A DNA stretch of 64,000 bases, taken from contig JAUZTB010000071.1 of assembly GCA_034780895.1 (NCBI GenBank), positions 18,543,521-18,607,520 on the forward strand. Reading direction: 5' to 3'. The notes beneath the pieces were generated by a model that saw only the letters and a list, made by a program, of their open reading frames with translations, searched no databases and was not told where the DNA came from. Below are positions 36,701-50,040 of this stretch, in pieces; positions within the stretch are counted from its first letter, which is position 1, and each line of letters opens with the position of its first letter. This stretch comes from Rhynchobatus australiae (lineage: Eukaryota). A program made the position numbers and the translations under genes.

Positions 36701-39700
36701 TGTGGTATGCGATGAAGAAAAAATGTCACTTTGCTAAATAACCGCTGCTATGTTATGTAAACAAATCATCAGAAGATTGTGAAAGTTAAGGCTTGAGAGT
36801 TGGGTGAGTTTGCAGGTATTGGAATTCTGGATAAGCGTTCAACGTTGGTACAGTTTGATTCCAAGCTCTAATTTACTTTCCATTTTCGGCCAGAAATCAT
36901 TTTTTACAAAATAAGTTAAACCATTGAGATGGATTGCAAATCACCTCCTTGGGCAGTCCCTCTGCGTTGCAAATGACTTAAATCTCCGTTACATCAGTCC
37001 TTAGAACTTCACTCCACACTGAGCACTTCCTCTTGCTGAAGAAACTTTCGATGCTTATTCATGCAGAACAGTTATCATGTTCTTTGCATTGAGCATATAT
37101 GGATTGAGATAAATGGATTAAGTCGGCCAACATGGAATTGTCGCGTTATACACTAAATTTTGTGTTGTCCAACACCTTAAACGCAGCAGTAAATACGAAG
37201 ATTAAATACTTTTCTTAAGTGTTTCCTTTAAAACTTATTTAACTAATAACTATATAATCGAGAGGCAACAGCTGTGTTGGTTCTAAGATATATTTTTGAC
37301 ACATTAAGAATACAATTTGCAAAATGTAAGCTTGATGTAGCAATGCAGCTCAATGTTGAACTATTTAGAAATGATAACACTTCGACTACATCANNNNNNN
37401 NNNNNNNNNNNNNNNNNNNNNNNNNNNNNNNNNNNNNNNNNNNNNNNNNNNNNNNNNNNNNNNNNNNNNNNNNNNNNNNNNNNNNNNNNNNNNACTACAT
37501 CATCATTCCACTTCGTCCCCAGCTTCAAAGTTTTAGGGATGAAAATTTTTTTTTGGTGAACGTTTTCTTCATAGTCATTGAATAACCTGAAAGAGTCTGG
37601 TCTTGTGCTGTTCCTTGGTACATATGCAATTTTACAGTCAGTTTGTGAACGCACATTTTATTGTAAAACGGCGAACGACTTACAGAGGAGGTATAGAAAT
37701 CAATTAACGACAGACAGTTTAGTCAGATGCAAAGAGTGGATTATTTTATAAAGAATGAGGCGATAAATTCAGTCTGTGAATAGAAAGGAAGATAAACTTT
37801 GAGGTGAGAAGGCGTGGCGGATAAAATTAAGGAACACATAAAACGGCGACCATAAAGAAAGGTTCAAATGTACTTCATGAAAAATCCTATGGGACAAACA
37901 AACTTTCAAGGTTTTTTTTAAGTTAATGTGCGCCAGCTAATTTAGTGATTTTGTTTTAAATAATTGTTATAAGTCTATTAGCATAAATATAAGATATCTT
38001 AACCGCAAATCAATTGCATACCAGAGCTTGGCGATATATTTAAATGCATTATATGTACAGTTGCTCCCCAACTTTATTTTTAGTTGTAACATTAAACTCA
38101 GACTTCTTACAGTGACATTTCAATTGTTAATCCAAGCAGACTAGTTTTACCAAGACTTCAAGACGCGCCAATTTAATTTTAACACATTCTAAAGTTATGA
38201 TCCTATACAAACAGTCAACCAAATTAGGTAACAACTCAATATAACTTTATTAAAGTGCGAGACCTGCATGGATACACCAGGATTTCGCTGTAAAATTCTC
38301 CCCCTCCCACCAAACATCGGTGTATGCATTATATTTTAGCAAGTTGACATTGAAATCTAAAAGCAAAGAAAGGTGGCATTGGTTCGTTATTGGAAGTTAA
38401 AGCATCATTTTTTTTCTTGAGTTACTTTACGATTTTTTTTAGACTTTCTTAGATTCAAAAAACATGCATTTAACATCCTGGATTAGCAAATCGTGCAGTG
38501 CAGGACGTAAATCATTTGGTGACAATTCAAAGTGGTTGTCATAACACGGAGAAGAACCGAGAAAAGGAAAGGTACCCTCTTTTAAAAGCTATAATTATGG
38601 ATATAGGAAGAACAAAGGCGAGCCCTGGAGCAATGCATTGGAGGTTGAGGCTTCAGTGTGGAGTAATAGAAGGAGAGGAGCTCTAATAACTAGACATGGG
38701 AACGTCAGAGCAGACATTCAGGCGTCTCAACACCCCCACTGCACGATTTAGAAACGAATTAATACGTTTTAAAAACTAGACCAACTACCATGGTGTAAGA
38801 TAGGCATAAATAATAAATGCCCTATTTAGATCCACTAGAGGAACTGGACTATTTGATTGGGTAGAGAAGTTTCCCTTAATTCACAAAACCAGATACTGCT
38901 CTTTAATCAAGATAAATATGGTTTATATTGCCGGAGTCAAGTTAAAGTGGGTAACCTTGGCTTAAGGAAAATTACGGAGTTTAACTATGATGACACGGTG
39001 AAATGCAAAGCAGCCGCTTTGTTCCAACTATAAGCCATTCTTCTCTTTTTGGCTTTGCTTATTCAACTCATTGGGTTGTGTGGGCTAATCTGGAGGGTTA
39101 CATTAAACTCCAGGCTAAGTAACCAAAATGCACTAATTTTTCACGTCCATCACAGATAAATGCACACATTCCCCGCGAATCGTCATATTTCAATTGCCTT
39201 AAGTTTGATTTTTTTCATTTTTAGAGATCTGGTCTGGAATAAAAGAACTTTGTCAATTAAATATTCGTTTAAACGCCTGCTTAGCTCTGATGCGAAGTAC
39301 TTTGCCATTCGCACGAGATAATCTAAAGTGCTACGTGCATTGATAAAACTTTATTGATATGCTGCGTTTTAAAACAGATTTTGCCCGTGTTAAGTTAAAA
39401 CCGCAATCATTCTATGGTTACTGCAGTTCTTGAAACATAATCTTTGCATTAACACATACGATGAATTGATAATTAGTTTAAAAGGTGTGGTGGTCTCCCC
39501 CACCCCCAAATGATGACCCAGTGGTATCAACGTAATTTTTCNNNNNNNNNNNNNNNNNNNNNNNNNNNNNNNNNNNNNNNNNNNNNNNNNNNNNNNNNNN
39601 NNNNNNNNNNNNNNNNNNNNNNNNNNNNNNNNNNNNNNNNNNNNNNNNNNNNNNNNNNNNNNNNNNNNNNNNNNNNNNNNNNNNNNNNNNNNNNNNNNNN

Positions 39701-42700
39701 NNNNNNNNNNNNNNNNNNNNNNNNNNNNNNNNNNNNNNNNNNNNNNNNNNNNNNTCTTAATTTTTAAACTGTCAATTGATTGTCAACCTTCTGAAGATAT
39801 CGTTTTTGGGCACTGCATTTTAATAACTTTTAAAAAAAAAAGATTACAGACTCGAATATGACCGTTCCAATACAAATAATGGCTGTTATACCAATCGTAT
39901 TGTGGACTTTTTTTATATGCGGGTGGGGGGAGGCCGAGAAGACATTCACATTATTCGCCATTAATGCTATGGTTCCGATACTTCAGATTTCGCCAGTGTT
40001 ACTCAGCAGTAATTATCATTTTCTGATGGCATAGAAATGACTATAATCGCGACCTGATTGGTTTGAACTATTTATCAGCAATAAGCAAAATGCAGCTGTG
40101 TTTCGCAGCGATTAAAACATTTGAAAGGCTCTTCATATTCAATGGGCATTATCGTTCCCCATCGTGTGAGGCAGCTTTGGTTTTGCATTGGTTCGTAATT
40201 CATTCAGAAAGACCCGTTCAAGGTCCACAGATAGGGTTTCGTTGCACCTCCACGCTGTACCTATACTCAGGGAAACTCGAAAAGCAGATAAACTGTTTAT
40301 ACCATATTGCACCGAGCTGCTGTGACACATCGAATTTTAAAATCTTAATTTGTATTTTTAATAACACCAAACACGAGCCGTAAACCAAAGACCACAAGCT
40401 TAGCAGATCATATTATTATTTAATGTTTAATTTTCTACTTCAAATAATGGAGCGTTCACAATGGTTTTGTTAACCTTAACGTATTATTAACATTAATGTA
40501 TTGTTCACCTCCTAATCAGCACTTTTGATCTGTAGTTTACAAATAACAGCCCATAAGCAAACATATAATCAAAACTGAGTTTGAATTCGTGCAAAAGAAT
40601 CTAAATACGACACAAACGTCCTCTTCTAATGCGCGCGTACTGGAGATATTTGCAAATAAAAACATTTTTTTTTGCTGTTAGGTTTGGAAAGTCAGTGTTG
40701 TTTCTATTACATTGTGGTACTGGATAGTAGCCAACTATCACATAACCACTGGATGTGTTTAATCTTGCAGGTTTTGGAAAGCATTTGTGGAGAGTGACAA
40801 CTGGAAGGGTACTAATCCTGCGGTTCTCGGGCCCGTGCGTCCGTCATTTTAGAACCACTTTGCTCCCTCCACCTATCTCCTGATGGGGCGAAATTGCTCT
40901 GTTGCCTTGGCGGCTGCCTAGGCGAATGACAGACGCTGAGAAGCAGAGCGATTCGGTCGAAATAACGGGGAATCCCTGAGAAACACAACCGTTTCTGTTC
41001 CCAAAGCAACTTGGTTTCCCAGCCAACAATATAATTCAGCATTACTGCCATTGGAGGGTACCTTCAACTTTTGACGCGATTTCTTACACGAATATTTTTA
41101 CCCCGAGTGCAATCTGTTCACAAATATCTCGGACAACCAAGTTTCTGATGATTTCAGGGAAGTATACGCCGAAAGGGGCAAATCAATTCATTGCTCATCG
41201 AAGGCGCCTCTTCTTGAACACCTTCCTCATTCGAAACCGTCAGTCGTTTTGACCCGATAATGATTTTCGAATCAAGTTTTTTTAAAAAGAAAGTTACATC
41301 CAAAGTACATTTTTTTATTGATATTCGTTTTCAGGTAACGTTCATTTTACTGTTATGTTAAGGTTAGTTCAAATAACGATTCAAAATGGATTAAATAGGC
41401 TAAACACTGAGAAAACTGACAAATACAAGAGTGCTTGCGCTGGTTGGCTCATTGAGTCTTCACTTTTAAAGTCAACATCTACTTCTGTTTCGCTAAAGAT
41501 TTATTTGTTTGTCTTAATTAAATTAATGCAATTGTTCTTCAATCTGGATTTTTCTTTCCTTCCCTGGAGTGGGGTTAACGCAAAAATTGCAAATAAAAAC
41601 ATCAAAATATCTCTTCAAAAACAGGCAAAAACCAAACATATTAGAGGTCATGTGGATAACAACATCCAGGGGGGAGAAAAGCTTTGATCAATATAATAAA
41701 GCACTATATCGGAGAAAAAGCGTCTAGAGCCAAAAGCGCAATTAAGGGTCAAAGTGGGCATTCCTTTCAATTTTTTTTTGTCCTGCCGCGCAGCTCTGTG
41801 AATACAGGAAAAGCAAATGATACACCACTTCTGGGGGAAAGATCTGGATGTTATGTGTATCTCATCTGGGTGAGATGAATGCCTTTCCATCGATATACAT
41901 TGTCGGGGGTGGGGGTGGGAGTTGAATTTAATTCAAGATTCCTGCCACAAAGAATCAAGCCAAATTCGCACGAAACTTAAATTTACTGTGTGAAATGTGG
42001 GATGATTGATGAGCAACGCTGCACCGCAGGCGTGCTTATTTTTGTAGTACAACGTCTGGGCCTCTCTTAATAGTCAAAAGCACATCGTCCATTTCAACGC
42101 AATGTTTCTGAAAATGAAATATTTAAATAATGAGACTTAGCTCTTCAGCACAGAACTTCAGTGCAGGTAATCTCCTCGTGATTTTATTCCACCTGCCCAG
42201 CATTCGAGTTTGTGGCCATCTTGTTTTTGAATGAAGGCGGTCTCCCGCACGACTATTCCTGTTCTATTTGAACCTAGAATAGGTAATAGGTAATAGATTT
42301 CATGTAAAGTACCGATTGGGGGTCAGCAGTCAATAAAAAGAGGAAAAGGGATTTGTACCTTAATTTGCACATTCGGTTTTGTATATTGAATGATCCTATC
42401 CCNNNNNNNNNNNNNNNNNNNNNNNNNNNNNNNNNNNNNNNNNNNNNNNNNNNNNNNNNNNNNNNNNNNNNNNNNNNNNNNNNNNNNNNNNNNNNNNNNN
42501 NNNNNNNNNNNNNNNNNNNNNNNNNNNNNNNNNNNNNNNNNNNNNNNNNNNNNNNNNNNNNNNNNNNNNNNNNNNNNNNNNNNNNNNNNNNNNNNNNNNN
42601 NNNNNNNNNNNNNNNNNNTTCCTACCTTACACATCATTCATTATGCAATTAGTTTGTGGTATTTCAACTTCTAAAGTAGAAATGAGCTATATGGATAATT

Positions 42701-45534
42701 ATCAGTGGAGATCTCTTGCTCTCTCCACTTGCTTTGGGGTGGTCTTGAAGTTATCTGGACATACATTCCCTGCAAATCAAGTAGGACCTCTCCAAGTTGC
42801 TATTTACATCCAATCTGGTAAGATCTTACATGTTCCTATGAACAATGTGTTAGGAACAGTGGACAATAGAAAGGCATTACTGGCAAATAGAGACTCTGAG
42901 CCATTAAAGTAGGAGACTACCAATCACAACTATTTTTGATTATGAGCTTCAACCACACTCTAGTCTTGATTCTAAACTATTCAATATATGTTATTTCAAT
43001 TATTAAATATTAACTGAACCATATACAGTTATCATTTGAATCTGTAAATGTATTCTCCTCGTATCAGTCTATGCTTTATTGCAGATGATGGTTCAATTTA
43101 ATTAATTTCTTTAATTAATTCTCAGAACAAAAGATGTTCCAGGAAAATGTTCACACTGAAAATTTAAGGATATTTTGGATATGATTGATAAATTATCAAA
43201 TACTATTAGAAGTTCTCTTTTTCTGTGTTGAAAAGAAGACATAGTTTACATTCAGGAATATTAACAATAATGATATCCCATTAAGTATTTCAAAGATTTT
43301 TGCTAGTTAAATAAATGCTAATTTAAAATTGATTCAGTATTTCTACAGTAATGGNNNNNNNNNNNNNNNNNNNNNNNNNNNNNNNNNNNNNNNNNNNNNN
43401 NNNNNNNNNNNNNNNNNNNNNNNNNNNNNNNNNNNNNNNNNNNNNNNNNNNNNNATTTCTACAGTAATGGAGACATTTAGGAGTGTATTTAAACAGATTT
43501 TTGGGAATTCAAAGTCAGATGGGATTGTTATAATTGGATAAGAATATACACAACATAACTTAGATAATACATAATTCTCTACATGGAGAATGACATATAT
43601 ATTGTGTTACAAGAGAGAAAAGTGATTCAGCAATCAGATGACAAAAGCAGAAATCTGAAACTTAAGAACTTTATCATTCAAACCCCTCAGACTAGCCTTA
43701 AGGTCACAAGACAATTTCATTATCCTCTTAAAATATTAGACAATTTGTTAGCGATTTTGTTCAGCATTGCGTCTTTTTTGCTTCAAGTGGCTTTATGATA
43801 AGATTTGTATTGACAATGACATAATCATTACAAACCTATTGTGAATTTGCATTTAATTACTGGGAAAATGGACAGCATGAATAAATGCATTTTTGAATTC
43901 ATACTAGTCTTTATTAAAAACGTAAGACATGTTGTACACTAAAATCAAAAGATATAGTATCATCAGTTGACTCAATGACATTTAGATTCTTGTTATNNNN
44001 NNNNNNNNNNNNNNNNNNNNNNNNNNNNNNNNNNNNNNNNNNNNNNNNNNNNNNNNNNNNNNNNNNNNNNNNNNNNNNNNNNNNNNNNNNNNNNNNNNNN
44101 NNNNNNNNNNNNNNNNNNNNNNNNNNNNNNNNNNNNNNNNNNNNNNNNNNNNNNNNNNNNNNNNNNNNNNNNNNAGCTGAAAGTGCTGTACAAATGTGGT
44201 TGCATGGTCTTCTCCACTGCAGATTTCTACTCCATTAAAAATACTGTCTCAAACAGAATTAGGAAAAAGATGTGTTATTTGGTCAGAGTTTGTTTAAAAC
44301 AGATTTGGTGGCAGGGAATTTGAACTCAAATGACGCCTGTGACAAAGATGCATGTGATACAATGTTTTTTTTTAAAATATCAGGGATTGAGAATCTGGCA
44401 AAAAGAATGGAGGCCTTGCAGTGTAATGATTTAACCTGTACGATCGGTTTGCAAGACAAGTGTTTCACTGTAATAAACCAATACCAATAAAGCAGGAATT
44501 AATTGATTCATAGTGAATCTTGATTGTGATTTAATAAATGGTAATCTTTAGGTAAAATTTCAATAACTTAGCAGTTTAAACGTTATGCAAGGGATTCTCT
44601 CATTTTTGGTGTGATATATTTTCATGTCTTATACGACTGAGCCAATATCATGTGAATGAAAAATCATGCAACCTCCTTTTATGGTCTTTTTGATCAGATA
44701 ACAAACCTTAGAATTACAAGTTAAAAATGNNNNNNNNNNNNNNNNNNNNNNNNNNNNNNNNNNNNNNNNNNNNNNNNNNNNNNNNNNNNNNNNNNNNNNN
44801 NNNNNNNNNNNNNNNNNNNNNNNNNNNNNTGAATGTAAAGAAAGAAGGCAGTACTATTTGCTGATTTTAATATAAAGCTTAGCATCTAATAATGAGCAGT
44901 GGGAGAGATACCAAATGTATTTCTTATGATTTTTTTGTGGCATCACCCCAGTGATTGAGGACCCATCTTCTTTGTACGAAATCCTCTGTGCCTGTTTTGT
45001 ATATTAGGATAACAAGCAAATACTTGGTGGTACCATCTAAGGTATTCGATGCATATTGAAAATGAAACAGGTCAACTCCTTATGTTGATTCAACAAACTT
45101 TCATTTAAGCTAAGTGAGACAGAGATTCAATATAAGCAAAACAAAAATATGCATGATTTTATTTCATATACCATGCAAGTTTGCTTCATTGCACACTAAT
45201 ACATCTATGACTTGTCCAATGAAGCACAACTAGAATTGTTTGAGTCATCATTTATCAGCCAGTTTTTGTCTTCTGATAGTTTTTTCCAAATTCCTTCCGA
45301 AAGGCTATAGATTTGATTTTCAATATTTTGCTTCCCATACTGTGAAATCATCATGACCATTCATCATCATCAGGACATTCAGGAAGAAAAGCACAATTGA
45401 AAGGATATGGTACCTGTGTAATTCTATTTCTAATGAAGATGTTACTGAAGTTTCTAGTTTCTCCATTCATCCCACATACGAGTGATTAAAAGTAACTACT
45501 TTTTCATATTTGCATCTGTGGGAACTTGGAGTTG

Positions 45535-46090
45535 AAGTCATAGCGACAGACTGCACAGAAGCCGGCTCTTGGGCCCACCTTGTACATACCAACCATCAAG
45601 TATCCCTGAGGCAGGGTCTCAACCTGAAATCTCAGATATCCCTCTGCTGCCTTGGAGACAAGGGATTGCAGATGCTGCTTGACTTTCTGAGTTCTTTCAG
45701 AAGTTTGATTTTTGTTCTGGATTTCAGCATCCGCAGTTTCTTGCATCTCCAAATATCCATCTATACCAATCCCATTTCCCAGCACTTGGTCTGTAGCCTC
45801 CTCTGCCTTGGCAATTCAAGTGCTCATCTGGATACTGTTTAAAGATCATGAGAGTTTCCATCATCACCACCTCTGACCTCTGAGGCAGTGCATTCCAAAT
45901 TCCAAAACCATTCTCTGTGTGAAAAAAAATTCTTCCTTATATCTCCTCTGAACCTTTTACTCCTTACCTTAAACCTATACATCTGGTTATAGAAATTTCT
46001 GCTATGGAGGAAAGTGTACTCCTGCCAACATATTTATACCACTCAATTCTGTGCCTCTCTACTTGGTACCCATCCAAGGACTTGTTACAA
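45535..46090 (-). mobile_element. CR1 3' end with a nested Penelope-derived arm (45605-45750)
   Basis: Reverse CR1 tail (gtcatag...cacagaa...catcaagta) resumes after the arm (ccatctataccaatccc...gcattcca...ccattctctgtgtgaaaaa). Junctions read caagtatcc and caaatatcc. Confidence 0.75.
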
Positions 46091-48944
46091 ATACAATATG
46101 AACAATTATGAAGTTCATATCTTAAAAATTCATCCAGTAGAAAGCTGTTGCTATGCATACCTTGCCTTCAGATTTCAACCATTGATTCTCAGAAGTTCAG
46201 CTCATGCTACTCCATTATTTGATACAAGGTAAGCAGAGGATTGGAAAGTGACAACTACTGTCCTGTGCAGTTGTGATTGGAGAAGCTATTGGAGAGGAAA
46301 CAACCAGCACTTCTTACTTATCTTAGAAACCTCATCTGTTTCATTTATTTAATACCAATATAGTTTGAAAATACTGACCAGTGATTACAGAGCTACATGA
46401 TTCCAGACCAGCTAAAATCTTGCATTTCTTGAGTGCACCATTTCTCTACCGACAGAATGATAGTTTGTTGTTTTACCAAAATGTGATTGCATTTTTAAAG
46501 TATTTACACACTGGCCATTCTCACATTTCATTGAAAGAAACACTATATTACAATATTGATAACATGGTGGAGTTGATAATTTTCATTTCTATCATAATAC
46601 AATCCTGAAATTGCAAAGAACATTAAACATGATAAAAAGACAATTATTAAAGGGATGAACACTCAATAAAACAGTAATAAATGCCAGCAAATCTGTAAAA
46701 ATATGTGACATAGATTTGTGGTTCATTTAATGGCAGGGAGTGTTTTGTTTGTCACTTGAGTTCACTGAATGCAAAGGATGAATGAATTTCAGGTGGAAGA
46801 AATATTTTCAATTCTCTAATATTATTTATTAGAAATAGAGGCTACAGAAAACATGTACATCCTTTGAAAATTCTTTAGAGGACCAAACAGCCATCTCAAC
46901 ATTGGACACAGATTGCCTGCTCTCTGGATTTCCATGGTGCTAACTGTTTTCTGAGCATTTTTACTTTATATAACCAAGGGACTGTTTTGTCTGCGTTCCC
47001 AGAACAGATCAACCCATTTAATGAACTGTGTTCACATGACATGAATGGAACTGAGCTTTCTAATCCGTCACTGACCTCAGGAGGACCATCATGGCACAAA
47101 TCAGGTAATCTAACACGGTTAAGTAGGGAATTAAACTCTCTCAAAGCCAAATGCTTTCCTGGGTCCTTATATCCACCAGATAAAATTTGCAATCATACTG
47201 ACTGCTGTAAAACAACACTAGAAACCTCTCTGTGCTACTAATTCCTGGTAGTGAGCATACTAATACACACCAAATGAAAGATATATGCAAAAACAAACAG
47301 AAAAACAAAAACATCAATTTAAATAGAAAATAATTGAAAATCTATCTGATCAAATTAATGGGATTAAGAGGAAAATTAAATACAAATTCAACAAGAGCTA
47401 ATATCAGAAATAACATCTTAAATTTATTTCGTGGAAATCATACGGTTCCATATCACAGAGTTGTAGTATTGTGAACTGTGCAAGATTACAGTGCACTTTT
47501 AAAATGGCTGCATGTTTTAATCTCATGGTTTCTGTCAACTACAGGACAGCTGCAGACTTTCCAATTTCAGTACATGTGGTTACTTCACTGCCTTGGCAAT
47601 TGAAACAGGTTTTGATGAAATGATTCTGCTTTGACTCAAGCTTAGTATCTGGTTATTTATGTATGATCAAAATAAAGATTGTTTCACATATGTGGCTCTG
47701 AGAACACAATCTGTCCCTCCCACAGAAAAACAATGGAGAACTGACATCGAGGAATGTAATTCTTCCCATTTCTAGCTCTCGATACCAGCATCAGATAAAA
47801 TAAATATAGATGTTTCTTTTGCTCTGACTGAGACAAGCAATGCAGGAAAACGTAGCTGTATTGTGCCATATCAATAAGGCTATTATTTAGAGTGCATGTG
47901 GGGAGTGAGCCTTTCCATGTGTAGTAACTTCTGGAAGTAGTGCAGTGTAATGGGCAAGTACCATGTCTCAGCCTTGAGGAGCTGTTGTAAAGCAGGGCTC
48001 AGTTTTTTTTGAGTGAGAACAAGGAGAAAGGTTTTCTGAATTGCATTTTGGGATGAGAAAGATCTGAGTTAACCTGAGCATGGAAAATGCCTCAGTGATT
48101 CAGGCCTGGAGCAGATCAGGAAAAAAAAACTACTTGAAATGAAAATGCAAGAAGATCCATTCCAAGAATATTTCATTCTATTGTTTTCCAAAAGGTGTGG
48201 CACCTTAGTTAAACATTTTAAATTATGATTTCCTTAAGATGCTTGAAGGATAATAGCAGATAGTGGAGAAAAGTCATCAGAAAATTGACACTGTGCAAAA
48301 CTGTGTCTACTACCTTGCCAGCAATGCAAGGATTTAGAAAAACAAGTCTCATCTATGCAAGGAAATGATTTCTGAAGTTTGATTACTTGGTTTGTGGGGA
48401 CTGAGGAATAAAAACATGTAGCTCACTTTGGTGACAAAAATCAGTAGAGTGATGGCTTTTAATATGCATTTAAATAGGATATTTTAATAGGACATTGATT
48501 ATGTCCTTTTAATACAGGTTAATTGAGAGAAATCTTTCTCCATAGTTCTGGCAAATTTATGAAAAGCACTTACTTTGATTCTGGAATGTAAAAAAACCAA
48601 ACTGCTGGAAGAACTTAGCAGATCAGGAAGCATTTGTGGAGGGAAATTTTGAGATGAGACCTTTTAGCTGGGCTTTGCTTTGGTTCTGGCCTAAAGAGCC
48701 TTTAAAGTTGTTATGTTAGTACAGCAGTGATGATCCAGAAGCCTGAACAGTTGACTTAGACACTCAAGTTTGAATCTCATTGTGCANNNNNNNNNNNNNN
48801 NNNNNNNNNNNNNNNNNNNNNNNNNNNNNNNNNNNNNNNNNNNNNNNNNNNNNNNNNNNNNNNNNNNNNNNNNNNNNNNNNNNNNNTGAACAGTTGACTT
48901 AGACACTCAAGTTTGAATCTCATTGTGCAGGTTGGAGGCATAAG

Positions 48945-50040
48945 GTATAAAACATAGAAATTAGAAGCATGAGCATGCCACTCAGTCCTTCAAGTGTGAA
49001 CAAGAGGGAGAGAGTTCATAAATCTGTCTTATTGGTAAACACCGAGCTGGTTCCAGATCTTCCACATCCACTCAGTCAAGATCACTCAGAAGCTTATGTT
49101 TTAATCAAGTCTTCTCTCACACTTAGAAACTTCAATGAATACAAGCCTACCTTGCCAATTCTTCCCCATAAGACTCATATTCCAGGTATTCATTTAGTAA
49201 CCCTTCTTTGAACTGCTTCCAATGCATTAACATCCTTCCTTAAATAAAGAACCAATACTGTATACAGCTTTCTAGATGCAGTCTCATCAAAATCCTAGAT
49301 TAATGAAGAATAACCTTCCTGCTTATGTATTCAATACACCAAGCAATAAGTGATAACATTCTAATATCTTTCCTCATTCCTTGCTGTACCTTCAGACTAG
49401 CCTACAAATGATACACTAGGACAACCATATCCCTCAACATTTCAGAGCTCTATAAACTCTCACCACTCAGGTAACAGGCTTCCATTTCAGTTTTGCATGC
49501 AAAATGGACACATCCACATTTTCCTACATGAGACTCCATTTACCAGATCTTCATCCACTCACTTAACTCATCTATAGTCTTTTGAAGCCTCCTTACGTCC
49601 TCTGCACAGTTTACATTCCCTATCTATCTTTGTGCCATCAGCTCTGTGGCATCATCCAAATCATTGTTGTGAATTGTACAATACTGAAGCCTCAGCACCA
49701 ATCCCTGCAGCACACCACTCATTACCTCTTTCCCACCAGAAAGAAACAGCTATTTATTCCCTGTTGGCCAGCCAATCACCTATCCATGCTAATTTGTAAT
49801 GTCCAATGAGCTTTTACCTTCCCCAATAACCTATGTTGTTGCACCATATCAAATGCCTTCTGGTAATGCAAGTATTATTTCCATTGGTTCCTTTTTATCC
49901 ACAGCACATATCATTTATTCAAAAAACTCCAATAAATTGGTGAAACACAATTTTGAATTTATAAAGCCATATTGACTTTGCCTGATTACCTTAAAAATTT
50001 CTACGTGCACTGCAATACTTCCTTAATAATAGCATCTAAC
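48945..50040 (-). mobile_element. CR1 LINE relic (~1.1 kb) nested in a tRNA-type SINE (head 48705-48940, body 50040-50250)
   Basis: Reverse-strand motifs SQYGF, FTNLLEFF, YQKAFD and the 3' tail aacatagaaa. The flanks join into one SINE-like unit ending cccacatcccatgaa. Confidence 0.75.

Noticed and set aside
48744-48929. Direct repeats flanking 100-N gaps (also 35887-36038, 37386-37502, 43339-43470)
   Set aside because: Near-identical sequence on both sides of fixed-size gaps indicates unmerged contig overlaps, not biological repeats or a CRISPR-like array.
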